Origin: an uncultured Azospirillum sp.
GTDB taxonomy: Bacteria; Pseudomonadota; Alphaproteobacteria; RF32; CAG-239
Length of the DNA: 64,000 nt
Direction of reading: 5' to 3'
Assembly (NCBI GenBank): GCA_900542055.1
Contig: UQMA01000004.1
Span: 6,955 to 70,954, forward strand
The translations under genes and the position numbers were made by a program. Under the pieces are notes generated by a model. It ran no database searches and was not told the DNA's origin. It saw only the letters and a program-made list of their open reading frames with translations. Below, one piece after another: positions 46,480 through 54,258 of this stretch. Every line of letters starts with the position of its first letter. Position 1 is the stretch's first letter.

Positions 46480-47868
46480 ATGAGTCAAATCGATAAGTTT
46501 AATCAAAGATATGGAAATGCTACTCATAAAAAGCAGGAAGTGCATTCAGAACAAGTTTCAACAGCAGATAATTCTAAAAAACATGATACTGAAAAGCGAA
46601 AGAATAATACAACTTATAATGATTTGAGCGAATTGGGCGAATTGAAAGAAACTATTGAACAATCTAACGCAGAGGACAAAAACATGGCTACAGAGGATAA
46701 TTCTACAGACAAAAAAACTTCGGAAAATGCTGAAGAAGAAAAATTAGGTCTGGCTGATTTAGGGTTCAGCGATGAATTTTTGCAAAGCAAACATTTAACT
46801 GCGGACAGTAAAGTCACTAAAGCTCAATTGGAAGAATTGAAAGAGGAATTCGCCAAACAGTCTTTGCAAAATGCATCAGAACAAAGCGCAGAAAATAAAG
46901 GAGAAAATCAGGGCGCCGATGATCAGGAAAATGATGCGCAGCCTGCGGCTGACCAGAAAGATAATGATATGGAAGATGTTCGATTATCTCCTTCTCAGGA
47001 TACAATACAAGTCGATAATGATAAAACTTGGGTTGATAAATATGAAGCCATTTTAAAAGGTTATGCCGAAGCCAACAATCAAGAATGGAAACGCGACCTT
47101 AAAGATGAAAACGGTGCCGATATTGAAGGGCTTCAGGGAAGTATCGGAGATGCAAAATATCATTTTACAGCAGAAGACAAGGTAAGTGTTAATGCTGCCG
47201 GTATTGAAGGATTGGTTAATCTGGCCAAAGAAACCGGACAAGATATTAACTTCAATGAAAAATGGAGCGAAGAATTTAAGGCAAAAATGATGGAAGCCTG
47301 TGAAAAATACGGCGTTTCTATTGTTGGCAAGCCAGAAGAACAAAAAACGGAAAACAGAGAAGCAGAGGCTCAGCCGGTTCAGGCAGCAAATAATGAAGAA
47401 ACCAAAAGCTACATAGGATTGCCTAAAACCGCTGAAATAGAACTCCGTAAATATAATCGCTTGGCTTCGGGAGAAAAAGGCGAAGAAGGCAAAAAAGAAC
47501 TGGATGACACAATTGCTCGCATGGAAGCAGCCGGAGCAACTATCGGCGGCGAAAACCGCGAAAGCCAAAAATATACAATGGCCTTGTATGCCAAAGCCTG
47601 CTATAACAAAGAAGATGCGGAAACTATGCATAAACTTGAAAATGTTATGACAAAATATGGTATGCAAGTTGGAAAAAAGCAATCTGAAGATGGTAAAAAA
47701 CTTGATTTTGAGGTTTCAATAAACAAATCCAAATATGACAAAGAAGCCGTTGCCTCTGATATAAAAACATTATCGGAACAACGCTCAAATACGGCCGAAA
47801 ATCAAAGCAATAAATACAAACAAAGATCCGGCGCTTTTCTTAATGGACAGCAGCCTGAAGGGCGTTAA
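46480..47868 (+). CDS. Acidic K/E/D/Q-rich hypothetical protein (462 aa) carrying a shared ~100-aa module
   Basis: Clean ORF with an AAGGAGA SD. No signal peptide or TM segment is seen. The module at aa ~184-283 (nt 47029-47328) is shared with the downstream 888-aa protein. Confidence 0.6.
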   Translation: MSQIDKFNQRYGNATHKKQEVHSEQVSTADNSKKHDTEKRKNNTTYNDLSELGELKETIEQSNAEDKNMATEDNSTDKKTSENAEEEKLGLADLGFSDEFLQSKHLTADSKVTKAQLEELKEEFAKQSLQNASEQSAENKGENQGADDQENDAQPAADQKDNDMEDVRLSPSQDTIQVDNDKTWVDKYEAILKGYAEANNQEWKRDLKDENGADIEGLQGSIGDAKYHFTAEDKVSVNAAGIEGLVNLAKETGQDINFNEKWSEEFKAKMMEACEKYGVSIVGKPEEQKTENREAEAQPVQAANNEETKSYIGLPKTAEIELRKYNRLASGEKGEEGKKELDDTIARMEAAGATIGGENRESQKYTMALYAKACYNKEDAETMHKLENVMTKYGMQVGKKQSEDGKKLDFEVSINKSKYDKEAVASDIKTLSEQRSNTAENQSNKYKQRSGAFLNGQQPEGR

Positions 47869-47919
47869 AAGCTAATTATTAAAATTTTGTAAAAATAATC
47901 AAAATTTGACAAAAAATGC

Positions 47920-47948
47920 TTGAGGGTAAGCAATTTATATGCTATAGT
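47920..47948 (+). promoter_or_regulatory. Candidate sigma-70 promoter for the 888-aa gene
   Basis: TTGAGG (47920-47925), a 17-nt spacer, then TATAGT (43-48), 35 nt upstream of the ATG at 47984. An alternative TTGACA lies at 47906-47911. Confidence 0.35.
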
Positions 47949-47983
47949 GCTTGCAAAATCAGGTTATAAAAGGAGACAAAACA

Positions 47984-50650
47984 ATGGACGCAAAACAAGC
48001 AGCCGACATCATTAAATCAGGAAACTATTCTGATTCTGAATTTAAAGATTTGTATGCCGCTCTGAGTGGAAAAGACGAGTTTGCTAAGGAATTTAACGCT
48101 TTGCGCATTCGTATGCTGAAAGCTTATGCTAAAGGCGATAGTATTGAAATCAACCAGAGCGATGCTAAACCGTCTGATGCTGTATTGGTTGTCGAACAAT
48201 CAAAAAACAATTCAAAAGATACAAAAGTTCAAAATAAAGATGTGGAACCATGGAAAATTCAGGCTCGCAATGATATTTTACAGTGGGCTGCTAAAACTAA
48301 AAATCGCGAAGTCTCCGAAATTAAAGCGGTTGAAGATGGTTTGCATGCAGAATTCAAAGACGGCACAAAATTGAGCTTTTTGGCTGAAAATCATGTTTCA
48401 GTAAAAACGCCTGCTGAACCTAAGGCTCAAAATTTTGATGCTGTTGTTGCGTTGGCTCAGAAAAATAAAAAGAAAGTAAAACTCGGCGAAAATATGACAC
48501 CGGAATTTCGCAAAGCTTTGATTGAAGCTTGTGCGACCGCAAATGTTCAAATCAGCAATTTGTCTCTTGAAGATTTGGATATGTATATGAAATTTGCCGC
48601 AAAACCTGAAAAACAATTGCTGAACGTTGAAGAAAATTCAGACAGTTCAGATAAAACCCGCAATTCTCAAAGTGCTCAGACTCAGCATAAAGAAGATAAG
48701 CAACAATTAAATTCCGTTAACCGCGGACATTCTCTGCAATCGCTTTCTTCTGAACAGTTGGAAACTTTGCATGAAAAAGGTTTTGATGTCGATGTTTACA
48801 GCCACGTTAATGATGAACAGTGGAAAACAATCCAGTCTGTTTTGAAAAATTCGGCTGATAATAAAAACGCTGTTAAAAATTTAAATAATGGCGTTGCTGA
48901 TGTTGTTAAATCCGTGGCCGACCATAAAGCAGAACAGGCACAGAAAGAGCAAAAAACAAATGCTCAGCCAGCTCAGGCAGACAAGCCGCAAACTGCAAAT
49001 ACCGATAATGCTCAAGCTGACGGTAAATCTGCTGATGAAAAAGTTCAGGCTGATAAGCAACCGACTGCAAAAGATAAAACAGTTGATGACAAGAAAAATG
49101 AAGAAGACAATCGTATCCCGTTAGGTTTTCCTGCTCAGGTAAGCGATTTGGAAGATGATGAAAATTCCGATTCTGCTCCGGTTCAGAAAACAGATGAAGA
49201 TAAAGAAAATAAAAATAAGCCGGATAATGCAGGAAGAACGATTGCATGGGAAGACGCAGTTAAGCTTGCCAATGAAGCTGAGAAAAAGAAAGCCGCTGAA
49301 AAAGATGCCGTAATACCGGAACAGGCTTCTCAAACTCAAGATGAACCGGCTAAACCCGAAGATGAAAAACTTGTTGCTGCTTCGGATAAACAAGATAATA
49401 ACGAGCAGAAACCTACTGATAAGCAAGAGATTAAAGTTCCCGCTCAATCAAAGAAAAAAGAAGGCTTTTGGAAAAAGTGGGGACGTAAAATCCGCAATGC
49501 TGCTGTGATTGCCGGTGCAGTTGTAGTAACATTTATAGCCGGTCGTTCCTGCAGTGGTAATCCGACAAATAATACTCGTAATGATGATGTTAATTTGAAA
49601 GATAAAACAGAGCTTTTAACAACACCTATTGACACATTGCGCGCAGATACTACAAGAGTTGATACGGTTGCACTTGATGACTATAAAGTTGTCGATGTGC
49701 CGACCCAATGGAACGCTAAAATGGGCATAACCGAAAAGCAATTTAACAATATGTACAAAATTGCTCATAAGTATAGTCCTGACGGAAGTTTGTGGGCAAC
49801 AATGTATACAAATGCATATAATAATGCTGCCAAATTCAGCATGGATAAAAACAATCCGATGACCGCTGAGCAGTTTTTGTTTAAGTCAATGAGAGTAGCA
49901 GCTTGGACAAATCATATGCGTTCTAATGGTTGGGCTTACAATCATACCGGTATTGTAGGTGAAGTTATCGGCTCGACAATGGAAGTTATTAAATGTAATG
50001 AAAAAATTGATGTGGCAATTTTGGAAAAAGCTAAAATTATGCTGAACGGGGTAGGAACCGATGGTAAGATTAATGTCTTTACTTTTGACCAAATTGCTCC
50101 AGGAACCTCAAAATACAACAAACATGATTCACAAGGATGGATTATTGGAACAACTAATAACGTTATGACCGGCATGGATAGAGATTGCGGCAGTGAAGCT
50201 GAAGTTGAATTTAATGTAGGTGCTAAAAAGAAAGCTGTTAAAAAAGTCGTTCCTCAAAAAGTTGTAATTGAAGAACCCGGTGATACTATTCGCCGCAAAT
50301 TGCCTGATGTTATAATTGAAGAACCGGGCGACACTATCCGCCATAAGTTGCCGGATGTTGTGATTGAAGAAAAGCCTGATACAATTCGTGTTAAACCGGA
50401 ACCGGTTGTTAAAAAAGATAAACCAAACATTCGTGTAGCAGTAGGATCTCGCGCCAATATGAGCAATCGTCCGGGAGCCGAAGGAGTTAACCACGCACAA
50501 AACATTTTGTCTGAAGGCAGCGATAAAGGCTTGACCAAGAGTCAGCGTGCCGCCGGAAAGAAAATGGCTAAAGACCTTCATGATGCAGGGAAAATATCTG
50601 ATGAAGTTTATGCCAAAATGCTTGATGAATGGAAAAACACTAAGAATTAG
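47984..50650 (+). CDS. Large hypothetical protein (888 aa): shared N-module, acidic low-complexity region, one TM segment, unknown C-domain with 16-aa repeats
   Basis: The start is moved to the ATG at 47984 (MDAKQAADII, AAGGAGA SD), because the track start at 47951 is a TTG. The shared module is at nt 48251-48559. The TM segment AAVIAGAVVVTFIAG is at ~49493-49543. The C-terminus has a 3x 16-aa repeat. Confidence 0.65.
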   Translation: MDAKQAADIIKSGNYSDSEFKDLYAALSGKDEFAKEFNALRIRMLKAYAKGDSIEINQSDAKPSDAVLVVEQSKNNSKDTKVQNKDVEPWKIQARNDILQWAAKTKNREVSEIKAVEDGLHAEFKDGTKLSFLAENHVSVKTPAEPKAQNFDAVVALAQKNKKKVKLGENMTPEFRKALIEACATANVQISNLSLEDLDMYMKFAAKPEKQLLNVEENSDSSDKTRNSQSAQTQHKEDKQQLNSVNRGHSLQSLSSEQLETLHEKGFDVDVYSHVNDEQWKTIQSVLKNSADNKNAVKNLNNGVADVVKSVADHKAEQAQKEQKTNAQPAQADKPQTANTDNAQADGKSADEKVQADKQPTAKDKTVDDKKNEEDNRIPLGFPAQVSDLEDDENSDSAPVQKTDEDKENKNKPDNAGRTIAWEDAVKLANEAEKKKAAEKDAVIPEQASQTQDEPAKPEDEKLVAASDKQDNNEQKPTDKQEIKVPAQSKKKEGFWKKWGRKIRNAAVIAGAVVVTFIAGRSCSGNPTNNTRNDDVNLKDKTELLTTPIDTLRADTTRVDTVALDDYKVVDVPTQWNAKMGITEKQFNNMYKIAHKYSPDGSLWATMYTNAYNNAAKFSMDKNNPMTAEQFLFKSMRVAAWTNHMRSNGWAYNHTGIVGEVIGSTMEVIKCNEKIDVAILEKAKIMLNGVGTDGKINVFTFDQIAPGTSKYNKHDSQGWIIGTTNNVMTGMDRDCGSEAEVEFNVGAKKKAVKKVVPQKVVIEEPGDTIRRKLPDVIIEEPGDTIRHKLPDVVIEEKPDTIRVKPEPVVKKDKPNIRVAVGSRANMSNRPGAEGVNHAQNILSEGSDKGLTKSQRAAGKKMAKDLHDAGKISDEVYAKMLDEWKNTKN
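50261..50404 (+). repeat. 3 x 48-nt in-frame tandem repeat (VVIEEPGDTIRRKLPD / VIIEEPGDTIRHKLPD / VVIEEKPDTIRVKPEP)
   Basis: The units are 50261-50308, 50309-50356 and 50357-50404. Units 1 and 2 differ at about 9 of 48 nt, mostly at synonymous third positions. Confidence 0.85.
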
Positions 50651-50667
50651 GATGTTTCCTCAATATG

Positions 50668-50697
50668 AAAAGCCCAGTTTTAATAACTGGGCTTTTT
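50668..50697. terminator. Bidirectional rho-independent terminator between the 888-aa gene and alr
   Basis: aaaAGCCCAGTT-ttaat-AACTGGGCTtttt: an 8-bp GC-rich stem extended by A/T pairs. It lies between convergent genes ending at 50650 (+) and 50716 (-). Confidence 0.7.
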
Positions 50698-50715
50698 GCT
50701 TATAAGATAGAATAA

Positions 50716-51804
50716 TTATCCGATGTATTTGCGAATAAAACGCGTGTTTTTTCCTATTCTGGATAATACTTCATAACTGATTGTTCCGGCATCGCGTCCT
50801 ATATCGTCCAATGTATAAAATTCATTGATGACAATAGCCATATCGCCGACTTGCAGGTTTTTAACATCAGTGACATCACAGATAATATTGTCCATAGAGA
50901 TTCTGCCGATAATTCTAGCTTCTTGCACACAGCCGCCGGTTGTGAAAAACAATTTTCCGACATTTGATAATGAACGTGGAATGCCGTCGCCGTATCCAAT
51001 GGATACAACAGCCAATTTTCTATCGTTGGCTGCACGATAAGTCACGGAATAACCCACAAAATCTCCTTTTTTTAGCTTTGCCGTATCAAGTACGGGAGCC
51101 AAAACCTTAATACAAGGCAACATTTGATTTTCGCGATAAGGCGCTGTGTTTATTCCATACAAAGCCGCGCCGAGGCGTACAATGTCTTTTTGAAAACGTT
51201 GGCCTAAAAATGTTCCATCCGATGCTGAAAGCGATGCTCTTTGTTTGGGAAAATATTTGTTTTTTAGTTCTTCGAATTTGAGCAATTGATGCTCATTCAT
51301 AAAATGCTCCTTTTCATCACCGCAGGCAAGGTGGGATAAAACAACTGAAAATTCTTCTTTATCTTTTTCAGACAGCAGCTCAAGTTCTTCTTCTCTGAAT
51401 CCAAGGCGGTTTAGACCGGTTTCTATTTGAATTGCCGGTTTTATGCCATTTATTCTGTTTTCTTTCCAAAACTCAAATTGCCATGGCGAAGCAATAACGG
51501 GAATTAATTTTGCTTTTATAAATGATTCCAAACTGTCTTCACCTATTCCCTGTAGAACATATATGTCCGAATTTCCAACAACAGAGCGGATTCTTTCTCC
51601 TTCAATACCGTGCGCTACAAAAAAACAACGGCAGCCGGCATCGTTGTACAATTTTGCAGCCACTTTTTCTGCTCCGATTCCATAAGCATCGTCTTTTACC
51701 ACGGCAGCGGTTTCCGCTTGGGGGGCAATTTTCTGTAACTGCCTATAATTATTAACAATATTGTCTAAATCTATTTCTAAAATTGGTCTTGTCAAAACAC
51801 TCAT
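50716..51804 (-). CDS. alr: Alanine racemase
   Basis: 362 aa. AVVKDDAYGIGA carries the PLP lysine. RLGAALYG and GYGDG are present. Confidence 0.9.
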   Translation of the reverse strand: MSVLTRPILEIDLDNIVNNYRQLQKIAPQAETAAVVKDDAYGIGAEKVAAKLYNDAGCRCFFVAHGIEGERIRSVVGNSDIYVLQGIGEDSLESFIKAKLIPVIASPWQFEFWKENRINGIKPAIQIETGLNRLGFREEELELLSEKDKEEFSVVLSHLACGDEKEHFMNEHQLLKFEELKNKYFPKQRASLSASDGTFLGQRFQKDIVRLGAALYGINTAPYRENQMLPCIKVLAPVLDTAKLKKGDFVGYSVTYRAANDRKLAVVSIGYGDGIPRSLSNVGKLFFTTGGCVQEARIIGRISMDNIICDVTDVKNLQVGDMAIVINEFYTLDDIGRDAGTISYEVLSRIGKNTRFIRKYIG

Positions 51805-51852
51805 AACTGCCTATTATCCTTTCTGCATTTGTTTAATTGAAAGCAAAATTAA

Positions 51853-52596
51853 ATGGAATTTATTGATTTGCATATCCACTTGCAAGACTATACAGATGAC
51901 TTTGCAACAGATATTGTTAAAAAAGCGCAAAAATCAGGATTAAAAAAAATTGTTTGTGCCGGAACAAGTCCTGATGATTGGAAAAAAGTTGCGGATTTGA
52001 CTGAACAATATCCTGATTTTGTTATTCCTGCTTTTGGTTTGCACCCTTGGTATATTGACAGAGCTGGAGAAATGTGGCGGGACAGCTTGGAAAATTATAT
52101 GCAAAATTTTCCTTGTGCATTAGTTGGTGAAACCGGAATAGATGGTTTGAAACCGGACGTTTTTCTGCAAAAAGAATATTTTAAATTTCATATAAAATCA
52201 GCTCAAATTTTTAACCGTCCTTTAATTATACATGCGGTTAAATCATTTGCTCAATTTGATGATTTGTGGAATTTATTGCCTGAAAAATTTATGTTTCATT
52301 CTTTTAATGCGCATTTGGAACAATTAAAACAAATTTTGCGTTATGGAGGCTATGTTTCTTTCGGAAACTCAATTTTAAAAAATAAAAATTTTGAGCAGAT
52401 TATCATTTCTACGCCGAAAGAAAAAATTTTATGTGAGAGTGACGGTCCTTATCAACCCTTGCAAAAAGGCGAAATATCTACACCTTTTCAAATAACGGAT
52501 TTGATACGCCGTATTGCTGAAATCCGCAATGATACAGTTGAATATACGGCTCATCAAATTTATTGCAATTCTTTGGAGTTTATCAATGTCAGATAA
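51853..52596 (+). CDS. tatD: TatD-family metal-dependent hydrolase
   Basis: 247 aa. The motifs FIDLHIHL, GETGIDG, IIHAV and ESDGPY are present. Confidence 0.8.
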   Translation: MEFIDLHIHLQDYTDDFATDIVKKAQKSGLKKIVCAGTSPDDWKKVADLTEQYPDFVIPAFGLHPWYIDRAGEMWRDSLENYMQNFPCALVGETGIDGLKPDVFLQKEYFKFHIKSAQIFNRPLIIHAVKSFAQFDDLWNLLPEKFMFHSFNAHLEQLKQILRYGGYVSFGNSILKNKNFEQIIISTPKEKILCESDGPYQPLQKGEISTPFQITDLIRRIAEIRNDTVEYTAHQIYCNSLEFINVR

Positions 52597-53335
52597 TCGT
52601 TTTATGAGAACTGAAGCTTTATTGGGAGCTGAACGATTTAAACGCCTGCAACAATCGACGGTGATGATTGTTGGTTTGGGAGCAGTTGGAGGATATGCTT
52701 TGGAGGCTTTGGCGCGGGCAGGTATCGGACATTTGATATTGGTTGATTTTGACAAAGTGGATGAAACAAATATTAATCGCCAAATTTTAGCTTTGGAATC
52801 TACTGTCGGACAATCTAAGGCGCGTTTGGCTGCTGTGCGGGCAGCTGATATAAATCCGAATTGTCAAATAGAAATTAAGGAAACTTTCGTTAATGCCGAA
52901 ACTTTACCTGATTTACTGTCTGAGCCAATTGATTTTGTGGTCGATGCAATAGATTCGCTTAATCCTAAATGTTGTTTAATCGAAGCGCTTAGCCTCAAAA
53001 AAATTCCGTTTATTTCTTCAATGGGTGCGGCTCTTAAAACAGATCCTGCGCATATTCATTTGCAATATCTCAGCCAAACAATAAATTGTCATTTAGCTCG
53101 TTTTATCCGCAAACGCCTTAAAAGACGCGGCGTTGACATAAGCCGAATACTCTGTGTAGCTTCGGATGAACAAACCGATCTTCCTGATACGGCTGTTTTT
53201 ATGGAAGAGGGAGAACCGCCGGCCGGTTGCAACCGCAAAAGGCATACCATGGGATCTTTGCCGACAATTACGGCTATTTTTGGTTTGACGATTGCAAATG
53301 CCGTAATTCTTTCGCTGGCAGATGCCGAACATTAA
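52586..53335 (+). CDS. tcdA: tRNA threonylcarbamoyladenosine dehydratase (ThiF/E1-like, TcdA)
   Basis: The start is taken at MSDNRFMRTEALLG (ATG 52586, overlapping the tatD end). The Rossmann motif reads VMIVGLGAVGGYALEALARAGIG.L.LVDFD.V..TNINRQ. Confidence 0.8.
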   Translation: MSDNRFMRTEALLGAERFKRLQQSTVMIVGLGAVGGYALEALARAGIGHLILVDFDKVDETNINRQILALESTVGQSKARLAAVRAADINPNCQIEIKETFVNAETLPDLLSEPIDFVVDAIDSLNPKCCLIEALSLKKIPFISSMGAALKTDPAHIHLQYLSQTINCHLARFIRKRLKRRGVDISRILCVASDEQTDLPDTAVFMEEGEPPAGCNRKRHTMGSLPTITAIFGLTIANAVILSLADAEH

Positions 53336-53388
53336 AAATTTTTTAATATAGATACAATATTATCCCTGTAAAAGAGGAAATTACAGTT

Positions 53389-54258
53389 ATGAAAATGATA
53401 AAGCCGATAGTGAATATTTCTAAAATCATGGATGCTCATGATATAATTATTTGCGGCTTAAACGGTGTTATATTTGATGGCGCGGCTTTTAAGTCTGAAG
53501 CCGTAGAGGCTTTGTTACGTTTGCGCAAAAACGGCAAACAGATAGTATTGCTAAGCAATACATCTATGCGTTTATCTGAATTATGCGATAAATTGTACGC
53601 CTCAGGCATTTCGCCGCGGCTTTTTAATAATATTGTTACGGCCGGTGAAATCACTCATTACCAGTTGCAGGCAGCTAACAGCCGGTATGCAGCTTTGGGA
53701 AGAGTCTACTACAATTTGGGTGACGCTGCTGATAACGGAATTTTTAAAGGCTTAAATTATCAGTGCACTGAAAATTCGGCTCGTGCTGACTTTTTGTATA
53801 TCGGAAGAACTTCGATTTTACCTGGAGCTTCTGTGGAAGATAATCTTGATTTGTTAAGCCACTCTGCATCGCTGGATATACCGATGCTTTGTGTAGGAAA
53901 TGATACTTCTGCTTTTAATGACGGAGAGATACGCGTTGCTTCAGGAGCTTTTGCTGAACAATATGCTATTTTGGGCGGAAAAATCATTACGGTCGGAAAG
54001 CCTGACAAAAATATCGTTGACTATGCACTTGAGGCTTATAAAGGTGTGGATGCGTCTAAAATATTAATGATAGGCGACAGTATGCCTGTTGATATAAAAG
54101 CTGCAAATGCAGCAGGAATAGCCAGTGTTTTAGTAAGCAAGGGAATCCATGTAAACTATTTGGGAGAAGGATATATACCTGATGTTACCAAAACCCGCGA
54201 ATTGGCAACAACAGCCGGTGCATATCCCGACTATGTTATTTCCAATTTGCGCTGGTAA
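53389..54258 (+). CDS. HAD-superfamily class IIA hydrolase-like protein with a degenerate motif I
   Basis: 289 aa. Motif II reads VLLSNTS, motif III reads GKPD, and motif IV reads MIGDSMPVDI. The motif-I position reads IIICGLNGVIFDG rather than DxDG(V/T). Confidence 0.65.
   Translation: MKMIKPIVNISKIMDAHDIIICGLNGVIFDGAAFKSEAVEALLRLRKNGKQIVLLSNTSMRLSELCDKLYASGISPRLFNNIVTAGEITHYQLQAANSRYAALGRVYYNLGDAADNGIFKGLNYQCTENSARADFLYIGRTSILPGASVEDNLDLLSHSASLDIPMLCVGNDTSAFNDGEIRVASGAFAEQYAILGGKIITVGKPDKNIVDYALEAYKGVDASKILMIGDSMPVDIKAANAAGIASVLVSKGIHVNYLGEGYIPDVTKTRELATTAGAYPDYVISNLRW

Noticed and set aside
47053-47682. 209-aa minus-strand ORF inside the 462-aa gene, with similar antisense ORFs at 48906-49447 and 50129-50581
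   Set aside because: They are antisense shadows of GAA/AAA-rich coding sequence, giving Phe-rich products. There are no motifs or SD.
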